A stretch of 64,000 nucleotides of DNA, from positions 1 through 64,000 of the forward strand of contig NW_027437474.1 in NCBI RefSeq assembly GCF_964204645.1. Reading direction: 5' to 3'. Position numbers and translations under genes: made by a program. Below are positions 49,701 through 59,899 of this stretch, in pieces; position 1 is the first letter of the stretch, and every line of letters starts with the position of its first letter. The notes beneath the pieces were generated by a model. It was given only the letters and a program-made list of their open reading frames with translations, did no database searches and had not been told where the DNA came from. Origin of the DNA: Tubulanus polymorphus. Its lineage: Eukaryota; Animalia; Nemertea.

Positions 49701-50800
49701 AATTATGTTATGTGTTAGGACTCCTGCAGATTCCTGATTAGTCCAAGTGTTTTCTGATATCTTACGATAAACGACTTGATACTGAACGCTGATATTACCA
49801 CGTCCTGAATCTACTACAGAACCCGAGTAAGCTGTCCAACTGACTTATACACTGTTATCAGCGATTTTCGTAATTGAGAAAACAAATCTAATTCTGAAAA
49901 AAAGAAATTGGGTTGTATTGAATTTACACAAATATTTTACTTTCTGTCATATCCGATTCATACTGGTTTCTATATTTAGGGAATATGGAGTGAGATTCCA
50001 GGAATCTATGATTCAGTGTAATGTACCTGACTCGCAACACTTTCCGATGTAATTCTGTAAACAGACAGATTGACAGATACCACTCAAATAGTCACAACTT
50101 TCATTGTTTTAACATGGATAACATTCAATCATACATCCAAATGAGTTCGATCCCTTACTGCAATCACCGGGTGCTAAACAGACATTTAACGGTGATATAA
50201 AAAAGCTGATATTTTCATTACAAATCACTGAATATTTTTGAATCACTAAACCTTAGTTTAAACAATTCATAAAATCAATTTATAATCTATTTTCATTCCT
50301 TTACAATTTTATAAAGTTATGCAAAACTTACCGATATATTTGAACCCGATTACTTCTATTTCTACCAGCGCGAGATACTCTGCTTTACCAATGTTCTTGT
50401 GTTGAACGGTGACGTATTGTCCAACTTGAGGACCTGTGTTGCATGTGGATGTTTTATGTGTATCACAGAGAGGGGGCCCTGGGGCGAACTCTTTTATCAG
50501 ATCGGAGAATCCGTTTGCCTCCAATCGTACTCTTTTATTGGTCACGTGACTTTTTGGAGTCTCCGAAACCTCCTTTCTGTCGAGGTGGTGTGATTCGGAT
50601 TTTGTGTGGAGCCAACATGGCGACCGAACGTGTGACAGTGCCGTATGAATCCTATTATTTTCTACCTATCCTCTCTATTTTCTTGTTGGAAAAGACATAT
50701 TTGTATATTGTTATCCAGGTTTGCATTCTATTGATCATAGACATCCGACGCGCAATAATATATGCGCCTCATACGTCCATCGGCGACGTTTTTTCAACTT
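46736..50800 (-). pseudogene. Receptor PTP gene, extracellular to D1-start exons (fucolectin/F5-8-like, EGF-like, FN3, TM, juxtamembrane)
   Basis: GQYVTVQH..YLALVEIEVIG; a Cys-rich exon at ~50030-50175; FN3 VSWTAY..GLTPNTGYKIAV; TM GIISVVVAAVLTLLLVAVVLLIVWR|GT (~48270); KEFQ|GT; (K)NRFPDILA|GT (46736). Stops and frameshifts are present. Confidence 0.7.
47390..48165. repeat. Intronic non-autonomous interspersed repeat (Helitron/helentron-like)
   Basis: AACTAG start, GCCATCTTG motifs and a (GACG)n tract near the end. Family assignment is tentative. Confidence 0.35.
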
Positions 50801-50908
50801 AGCCTGTAATCAAACAAATTCAATCCAATGCAATTTTATTTATTAAAAAGTCACAGTTTTCCATTTACAGATCACTTAACCTCCTAAGGGCAGGCCTAAG
50901 TTGCTTCT

Positions 50909-51126
50909 GGTAAAAGTGCAGATCCACACCTCTTCGCATAAACGGTTCAATCAATTACATTAGATATCATTGTTTCAGATTCAAAATGTCATCAGACATC
51001 AGCAATTCAATTCAGTACATTGCCATTGGTAAATTTTAAGATATCATCATTAGAAAGATTTTAGCCTGGATTCAGTCATTCAGTAGATTGCGTCGATCAC
51101 GAGAGGTGCGGATCTGCACTTTTACC
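50909..51126. mobile_element. MITE with 8-bp TSD, Merlin/IS1016-type termini
   Basis: TIR GGTAAAAGTGCAGATCC.CACCTCT / AGAGGTG.GGATCTGCACTTTTACC; perfect TSD TTGCTTCT at 50901-50908 and 51127-51134. Confidence 0.85.
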
Positions 51127-52169
51127 TTGCTTCTTTATAACATGGCAATTGGAAAAAAATAGGGTTATGTATCTATAGGCCGAAGGTTTAATTTTTTTTA
51201 GAGTAGCTTAAAAAAATTAAATTAATTTTGTAGGATTAATTTATATTTACAGAGCACCTTCTGGCCAGGACAACCTTGGTTCTACAAAAGCCTTAACGAT
51301 TGAGAGGAATGGCCAGACGATAACACTTGTCGTCGAAAATGATATCTATAATAGAATAATTTATCAAAGAGGTAAGGCATAAGCTGTGGCGGCATACTGA
51401 ACCTCATTAGAATGAACGCAGAATCAATTCAGTGTCGTAGTGTTACTTGTGTTTAGTTCAACTTTTCATAATTAGTCGACTTAACTGTGCCACAATGAAT
51501 ATGGTAATTTATGTTAATTCATGACTTGCCTTTTTCAACTAATGATTTGAATATTTAGATGACTTTTAATTCATGGAGTTTTGTAGTTAACTCTAATCTT
51601 CATTATCTCGTAATACCTCCACTCAGTACATGTTGATTTCTTGTTTATGTAATATTTTTAGATACATGTATTCTGAAAACTCTGCTACGAAATTATGATA
51701 CGTTTTGTGCACAGGGTGGCACCGGTATGCATATTTTTAAAGAATCACTCTACATTGGCTATAGGCCCGCTTTCACTTTTTGAACGGTTTTGTAAGTTGT
51801 ACGTGTCAAAATTCCAGTTTTAAATTTGTCGCCTTGATTAAATTATAGGAGAAACGCAAGATGCCGGTGTAGCATTTCATATTGAAAATAAAGAAGCATT
51901 AACTTCAGGTATGTATATATGCATCATATTCGAATGTTTTCTATCTAACTGCATATTAAACATATATTTCAGGGGCATCGTGGCCAAATTTAATATTTTA
52001 GTAGATTCATTTGGCAGTTGGCAATAAGGAAGTCAAGAAGCATTGACATTGCAATACTGCAGAAAATCAACAAAACATTATTTTTTTAAAATTTGGAAAA
52101 GATTTGGTTGCAAATCATTTAAAAACATGTGATGGTTTATTCTTCAAAAGTTATTAGACTAGGTATTTT

Positions 52170-52817
52170 TTCAGGGTCAATTGAAAATCTAACTGATTCC
52201 GAAACTCGGAGTGTAATAGTGGACGAGGCTGGTACTGCAAGTGGAAAATGGACCAAACAGTCAACCCTCAAGTTGATCGATTTGTATCGCAAAAATATTG
52301 ATAAAGTAAATGAAGGGAAGATGCGTAAGTCCATGTTGTGGATGAAGAAATTCAGAATGATTATTTTGATTTTAGTGCTGAGCAAATAAGGGGTAGATGG
52401 AGAACTATAAATACAGGGTATAAAAATGTAAAAGATGCAAAAAATAAATCGGGTTCAGGCTATGTCAAAGATTATGTGTATGAAAATGAGCTGGATGACG
52501 CTCTTGGTGTAAAATCGGCAAATATAAATCCAGTTACTTTCAGTAGTAGAGATAGTAATCCTCTTCATGATTCATCTACTGATGATGATAGTGAATTATC
52601 ACCTATTGTTAAAAAACGAAAGCTTGATGAAATTTCTCCATCGGATAAATGTAGAACGTCAAAAAAATCAGCAGCTTCAACGGTAATTGAATATTTGGGG
52701 GCCATGGAAGAAAGAGCTAAGGAACGACGTAAAATAGACAAGGACATGGCCATGCAAATGCATAATGAAAAAATGTCTTTGTTCAAAGATTTTGTAAGTG
52801 CTATTTCAGAAAAGTAA
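52170..52817 (+). pseudogene. Myb/SANT-like (trihelix) DNA-binding protein of a PIF/Harbinger transposon, frameshifted at ~52340
   Basis: KWTKQSTLKLIDLY..KSMLW plus FSAEQIRGRWRTINTGYKNVKD; small upstream exons are likely; convergent with the transposase. Confidence 0.75.
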
Positions 52818-53883
52818 AGATCCAGCTTGTTCAATACAGTATTTTAAATGCTGTTTTATGGTAAAAGGTACGCATAAGTCTGACTACCTCAAGTTTTTTT
52901 TTAGTTGTACATTACAGTTTTCACTGAATTGATTGAAAATATTTGTAAATGACTTATGGTACGGTATATCTCGTACTATATCATTTCACAATCCTATTAC
53001 ATACTGCTTGAATTTGCGGAAAGGGGAGCGGTTCTAAAAATGAGGGAAATTTTGGTTACGTGATAAAATGGGGAAATTATATTATCATTTATATTTTTAT
53101 AATTTTATGATGGAGGATTTCCATAATAAAAATTTTATTTTACGTTTATAATAACATTTTGTTCCTTTGCTGTAATACCTTTCATGGCATTCTCTTTAAT
53201 ATTGTGGGCGGCATGGAACAGATAAACAGTTTCCAATCAGCAGGGTTCCTACGGATCAGTCATTCCAGAATTCAAGGACTTTTCGAGGAGTGTATACATC
53301 ACTTTCTTATCACAATTTATGTCTCCTAAATCAGTACTGTTTATCCAGGTAAACCATTGAATTCAGTAGAATCTGTGTGTATAACAACTAGGCCTTAAAC
53401 TTATACATTTTCAAAATCCAAGGACCTTGAAAAACATTTTTGGTTTAGAAGGAGTTAGGGGCCCTGGTCAGCATCCAGTGTAAGGGGGTTAACCGAGAAG
53501 TTTGAATGATAAACTTTTGGCAGAAATTTTAATAGCCACAAAAATCCAACGCATAGTATACTTTGCACATGAAGCCAGGCATGCACCGTTATGATAAATT
53601 CGAAATTGATTGCTTTAAACTCCTCGTATATTATAATGAAAACAATTGTTGTTATTGTGGCTATTAAGGCAGTCTAAAATTGGCGAAATTCTAATGGGGC
53701 AGGGAGTCGAGGCCGCATTTTGATAAAAGTTGATACATCAAACATCCTCAGTCTCTAAACCAAACTTCTGTGTCACCTGTGTGCAAATAATTGAATTGGA
53801 CAAAAAGAAATGACTTGAATACTAATTTAATGACTTAAGTGTTACAAATGCATTAAAACTTTGTATGCAAGGTAGAAGATATA

Positions 53884-55284
53884 CTACTCTCCAACCAATT
53901 GCAATCTTAAATCGTTTCTATACTGTTCTCCTTCATGATCAGCACCTATGATCTCGGCACCATTATTTGCCTCCAGGCCATCGTCAACAACGTCATGTAA
54001 ATCTTCAAGATCATCTTCATCTGACATTGAACAGATATTATGCAAGACAAATGCAGAGGTGATGATCATAATAATTCTTTTAATGGAATGGACAGTGACA
54101 TAATGGAGACGCCTAAATCGACCTTTAACTCTACCAAACGCTCTTTCTATGACTGCTCTATTACTGGACAACAAGTAATTAAATCGTCTACGAGCTCGAG
54201 TCATATTGCCATCGTTACGATATGGCGTCACTAACCATCTGCGACAGGGATAACCTCCATCGCCCAGAATATGTTTGTCACCAAATAAACCGAAATTATT
54301 CCACAAGTCACTGTTTTTTAATATTCTCGAATCATTCACGCTTCCCGGCCAGCCGACATAAATATGGGTGAAGCGCATGTCGTCTTTACACACTGCCTGA
54401 ACATTCATGGAATGATATGATTTCCGGTTCACAAACACTTGTTTATCTGGCCTGCGAGGAGCTTTAATTTCAACGTGTGTGCAATCAATTGCCCCAATAA
54501 TTCCAGGAAAACCATTACGTTGGTAAAATCTATCAGAAATCTCTTCCTGCTCTTCACCTGATGGCCATTTAATTATCTTTTTTGTAAGTCCATTAGTTAT
54601 AGCAGATAATACCGTTGTAATACACTTTAGAACACACGATTCAGTAACATCGAACCTGTCTGAGATTTGTCTAATTGTGTCCAATATACCTAGATAGCAC
54701 AAAGTGGCAAGGATCTTTTTTTCTGCCTGTCGACCTCTGTTTATTACTGCAGTTTGCATCTCTGGTAATGGTTCGAGTAGATTACTCAGAGTTGCATATG
54801 TGCCTCGAGATAATCTGAATAAACGCTTGAAATCTTCGTCCAAGTATTCACTTGCTATATATTCTGTGTACATGTTTATTTTTATCCTGTCTGACCGCAG
54901 CCTGAAAAATAAAAAATGATAGAACTTTTCACGTAAGTTGTAGATGTTGAACACCAGATAAGACTGACATTAACTTTTAGTGGCTTTTAACATATTTATG
55001 CCCCCTAGCTCCTATCATGCAGGTGGTCGTATGCAACTTAATTATTAACAAAATTAAGTCTAAGACAAACGAAATAAAATCATTTTAATTGAATTGAAAA
55101 GAAAGTAAACCTCATGGCTTGTGCGTGTTTAAGATACTTACAGAGTCGAGCATAGTACAACTTGATATTTAAGTTTCTCTTCTTCGACGTTGTTATAGTG
55201 ATAGGACTCTAGATCGTCGTTATCAAATAACTCTGATAAGAGTGGCAAAGCCAGCGTTAAACTGTCACCCGCCGTCGCCATCAT
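53884..55284 (-). CDS. PIF/Harbinger DDE transposase (HARBI1-like); exons 55284-55142 and 54901-53884
   Basis: FKRLFRLSR, FPGIIGAIDCTH, GWPGSVNDSRI, ILGDGGYP, VIERAFGRVKGRFRRL, LHNIC. A GT-AG intron joins the exons in frame. Confidence 0.88.
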
Positions 55285-55684
55285 GGGTCTCCACACTTCC
55301 TCCGATCGCATTCTATTTTACTTTTCACCGGAGAGTTCGAATGGAGGTTTCGGTCGCGATAAAAGAGTTCGCCCCTGGAGAGCACATTTCTGGTTAGATG
55401 TAAAAATACTCGGGTTATTTCCGACTCGAATTTCCAGATTGCGCGCACGTTTATCTGAGAAGAAAATAGTGAACCTTCAAGATACGTAGATTGACATTTT
55501 GTATATTGAGACATCTTGCATAAGATCAAAGAAAATTTCAATTTTGATCAGATACAATGACGACAAAAATGGAAAACTTGAAAAAGTGTGAAAACAGAAA
55601 ATATTGCATGAAGTTTATGGAGGTTGAAGAGAGGATTTTGTTCATAAGGTCCGATAATTCTGCTCATTGTGTTCGTAAACAGTT

Positions 55685-56370
55685 ACATTCTAGCTTGTAT
55701 AGGTTTCATATTTATAGAACTATGTTTAGAATTATTATAACCTTTCACTAAATCATCTTACACATCTATATATTTATATGTTTCATTAGCAGTGAAATAT
55801 TTCCACATTCTAGTTTTCAATGTTGTATTAAATCTTTCTATGATAGATGCTTTTGTATCTGAGTGTGTTGAAAAATAATCTACATCGTTTTCAGATGATA
55901 GTTTTATAAATCTTTATTATAAAATTCATTACCTTCATCAAATTGTATCTTACCTGGGATAGCTTCATTAAATATTGATTTAAAAGCATTTGTTACTTCT
56001 ATACCAGTTTTACTTTTGATTGGTATACTCTATGCGTATCTACTGAATATATCTATAACATTCAGTATCCAGAAATATCCTTTGTTATATTCTTCTAAGT
56101 TCTTCATGTCAATTGAATCTGCTTTTGCCATTGTTGATCAATGTATGAAACCATAACCTTTCTTGTTAATGAACTTTTATCCATTTTCTTATGGATTTGG
56201 TACGTTGGTTGATTTTGTAACCATAATCTCAGTTCACTATATTTTATATTTTCATTATCAGATTTGATTTTATCCCATAATTCTGTAATGCTAGAATATG
56301 ATACTTCACTCTCTGGGTTATAATATAAATCTCTTAAATGTTGTTCTTTTTTAATCTTCTTTTAATCCAT
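55685..56370 (-). pseudogene. rve integrase remnant
   Basis: LYYNPES, QPTYQIHK, IDIFSRYA*, IQFDEGNEFYN, IERFNTTLKTRMWKYF, NNSKHSSINMKP; several lesions. Confidence 0.85.
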
Positions 56371-56469
56371 TAATAATAATATTGATTTAGTTTCAATGGT
56401 TTTATCATTGGACTTATTTTCTGGTATAATAGGTTTATTATTATCATCATCATCTTTATCATCAGATTT

Positions 56470-56730
56470 TTACTTATATTTATATATAACACCGGAGAAT
56501 ATAATAACTGTTACCAATCCAATTGTAATATATAATTTATTATTACTTCTAGCATTAGAAGAATAAGATGGATTATTATTTGAATCAATATCAGATAAAG
56601 TCTGTGACTCATTTATATCAGTTAATTTCTTTTTCTTAACTTTTTTAAATTCTGAAGATCTTTTTCCCAACTCCCTAGCCCATTTAATTTGTTTTTCGGA
56701 TCTAGGTTTCTTCTTAATATCATCACTCAT
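56470..56730 (-). CDS. Homolog of the 27711-28094 small TM protein
   Basis: KKPRSEKQIKWARELGKRS plus a TM segment. Confidence 0.7.
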   Translation of the reverse strand: MSDDIKKKPRSEKQIKWARELGKRSSEFKKVKKKKLTDINESQTLSDIDSNNNPSYSSNARSNNKLYITIGLVTVIIFSGVIYKYK

Positions 56731-57294
56731 TTATTTTAGTTAATTTTTGTTCTGATTCAATATCTTCTGATTTACTTTTACCTTTACATACTATAGGTTT
56801 AATGTTAGAAAATGTTATAACTCCAGTAGAAATCAATGTTATTATTCCTCCTAATTGGAATGAAGCGTATCCAACCCATTTCTGTATTTCTGTCATAACT
56901 AAATAATCGTTTTTTAAATCACTATATAATTTATTTTGATCATCAATTGGTATTATCCGGTTACATAATTTAGAATAACATTTTATAATACCATCACTTA
57001 TAGAGTCGTTTATTCTAGCTAATCTTGACTCTTCATATATTTTGAAATATTTTATTACTTTATCTGGTTTAATATTATCTAATTCTTGAAAAGTTAAAAT
57101 TTTACCAATAAACTCATTACATTTACCGCTAGCAATTAATAGTTCAAGATGGTGCTTACACATCAAATAGTATTCATAATCAATATTATCATTTTGAATA
57201 CAATTAGAAACAACTGTATCATATTGCCAGTAATACCTAAATCCTCAATTGTCTTTTCAACATCAATATTATTCTTATTAGATTTCTTTGACAT
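56723..57294 (-). pseudogene. Homolog of the 28027-28632 protein (frameshift near the 5' end)
   Basis: CKHHLELLIASGKC..LYSDLKNDYLVMTEIQKWVGY..FQLGG. Confidence 0.75.
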
Positions 57295-57777
57295 TTATAT
57301 TAGTGAAAAAAGCGAAAAAAATATGATAAAATGATCCTAAAATAATACTTTGTGTGATACTAGTGTTTGATAAGTAATACTAGCTATTTGAAGTTATTGT
57401 TTTTTTATTTGAATCTATTCAAAATCTATTCAATCTAGTGTTTACTAGAATTGTAAAAGAATATATTAAAAATATAATAGAATTCACTATCTATTTGAAG
57501 ATATGTAATTTTTACTTTAATCTTTTCAAAATCTATTCAATCTAGTGTCAATTAGAATTGCCAAAAGAAAATATTAAAAATATAATAGAATTCACTGGCT
57601 AGTTAAAGTTATTGTTTTTTAAATACTTAGGATTTAGATTATCTCACTACTATTGCTATCTATTAGGAGCAATCAAATTGTCCAGATAAGTCATTTCGGA
57701 TCCTCGATAAAAAATCCTCAACTGAAAATCAATTCAACGAAAACACCGGGTGGAAATACTATTTCATAAACACATAT

Positions 57778-57865
57778 ATTTATTATGCAAATTTGCGCAT
57801 GGGCAGAAGCAAAAGCGGTCTTCTAGGATCGTTATTGCTTCTGCGCATGCGCTAATTATATAAAT
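57778..57865. repeat. ~85-bp imperfect palindrome
   Basis: TTTGCGCATGGGCAGAAGCAA..TTGCTTCTGCGCATGCGCTAA. Confidence 0.7.
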
Positions 57866-58722
57866 TATTCTGCAAACTACGACATTCAAACAAAGAACTG
57901 CAAAAAATTAATACAGAACAGCCGCGACCGAACGACGCGCAACTGCAATTCCAACATATATAATACATTGTAAGTCTATACAGTATGATGCACAAGCTTC
58001 AGTCTCTTGTGATGAAATATCCATAATTTCTGATTCAGAATTCATTCATCTTCACCTTCTAGATTCAAGTCTAGTCTTCATTTTGTTATCTAAAAGATAT
58101 CTAGCGTAGAACATAATTTACTTGAAGTTGAACCAGTTTTATGTTAAAATTTAACACGAGTCAAATCATAGCTTGTGAGTTTGGGAAGTGGCTTGTATTT
58201 CACTTTATTACAGCTCGGAGTATTCCAAAGTCACAAAGCTGTTTTTAGATATATATTAATACAAATAACCTCTTTCGGATGTCTTATACTCACAGCGTTG
58301 TTGTGAAAATGAATTACTGTACTTAAATATGTTTAAAGGTTTCCCTACTTCATAATAACTACAAAAAACAGTACTTACATTTAGATTTAGAACTGTAAAC
58401 TGTGTTTTGAGAGAGAATATCCAATACGTACTATGTATGTGAATGTTGATTTCTAACTGCCAACGCGACGCACGTTCGACCAAGCTGATTATTTCTGTAC
58501 GTTTCCCTGGATGGTAACAGGTGTTCTTCATGATGAAAGTAATTAATTCCTTACAATTGAATGAGCACGTTTGATCAATATTCAAATGAGGTACTCCACA
58601 TTCAACTGAATATAGCAAGCGACACAGATGCTAGTATAATTGCATATAGGCAGTTATAATTGATAGCTACATACGCACATACACGTGTGTGACTCGAGTA
58701 GAGTTCGCTTAAGATAAAACGC

Positions 58723-59385
58723 TTAAGATTCAACGTGTTTTTCATTCTGTGTTGATTTCCATAATTCAACAAATGTCTTTGCTTTAACTAGTTGATCTAA
58801 ATATAGTTTGGTATCTAGTTTGTTAGATTTAATTTTATTTTCCTTCGTTTCAAGAGGCCTTAAATTTCTCAAATTCCATATCAATTTCTTATTGCGTTCA
58901 TCATTCATGTTAAATTTAGAAATCGGCAACACATGATCAATATGAAAGTATTCACCATAATCATCTATATTCATTTTATCGTCGAATTGATATACAATCC
59001 ATGATTTTAAGAATTCATCTGTACAACCCAACGAATTAGATAGTGTAACTGAGTGTTTATCTTTACTGAATAATTGTGTTAATCTAATTCTCAAACATTG
59101 TTTCAATTTAAAATTAAAATCTGTATGATATTTTTCCTTATAATAATTTCTATCATACACTTTAATATGTTCTAAATGATTTTCTTTCCATTGCTTATTT
59201 TTATCTTTGCGTGTTTCAGTATTTTTTCTATAATTTTGTTTGTCACTTAGTTTACTACAAGTTTTACAATAACTTTGCTTACCATCTTTCAGAGTTTTAT
59301 AATTATAATATTCCGAGAGTTGTTTATTTATTTTACATTTAGAACATTTCTTATTGTTTATATTTATAGTTTGTGTATTTTCCAT
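58723..59385 (-). CDS. HNH-type (His-Me finger) endonuclease with N-terminal CxxC zinc module, large-DNA-virus style
   Basis: KKCSKCK..YCKTC; LGCT..FLKSWI..QF; HIDHVLP..F; NLRPL...EN..KSNK; TAAATG start; intact 220-aa frame. Confidence 0.8.
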   Translation of the reverse strand: MENTQTININNKKCSKCKINKQLSEYYNYKTLKDGKQSYCKTCSKLSDKQNYRKNTETRKDKNKQWKENHLEHIKVYDRNYYKEKYHTDFNFKLKQCLRIRLTQLFSKDKHSVTLSNSLGCTDEFLKSWIVYQFDDKMNIDDYGEYFHIDHVLPISKFNMNDERNKKLIWNLRNLRPLETKENKIKSNKLDTKLYLDQLVKAKTFVELWKSTQNEKHVES

Positions 59386-59399
59386 TTATAATATATATT

Positions 59400-59693
59400 T
59401 TTATTAAAAATTGAGTAACAACAATCCTGTTCATTATTTCCTTTTCTTTATCTTCTTCTCTTTTAAGTTTTAAGTATTCATCTAAATTGGTTACTGAATG
59501 ATTGATTACATGTGTCACGTTTGTATGTTTCTTTTTCATTCTTCACTTCATCTAATTTAGTTTCTTATATATCATCTTCATATTCTAATTTCAATTTATT
59601 CTCTAAATGTGTTTTAGTTTTATTATGTCTTGATTTTTGGGATTTATCTATATCAATTTTACATGTTGAACAGTAGTACTAATTTGCTCCCAT
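59400..59693 (-). pseudogene. Zn-finger remnant homologous to the polB N-terminus at 46527
   Basis: YYCSTCKIDIDKSQKSRHNKTKTH vs YYCQYCKKYIDKSKKSRHEKSANH. Confidence 0.7.
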
Positions 59694-59752
59694 TTTAACA
59701 TCAAATCTTTTATTAAAATTGATTTTAGAAGTTATTAGATTAATACTTTAAG

Positions 59753-59899
59753 AGTAATAGGGAATATGGGGGTTCAGATTAAAGGTTGAGAGGGTATCAT
59801 AAAAATGAAAAATAAATTCGAGTGTGCGAGAATTTATTTTTCATTTTTATGAACTCGACCTCTCGACCTATGATCTGAACCCCCATATTCCCTATTACT
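59753..59899. repeat. 147-bp near-perfect palindrome
   Basis: Outer 27-bp perfect IR (59753-59779 / 59873-59899) and inner TCATAAAAATGAAAAATAAATTC / GAATTTATTTTTCATTTTTATGA. Confidence 0.9.

Noticed and set aside
58000-58620. Possible LINE (CR1/L2) 3' fragment and a 120-aa ORF
   Set aside because: Only faint motif resemblance; cannot be supported without a search.
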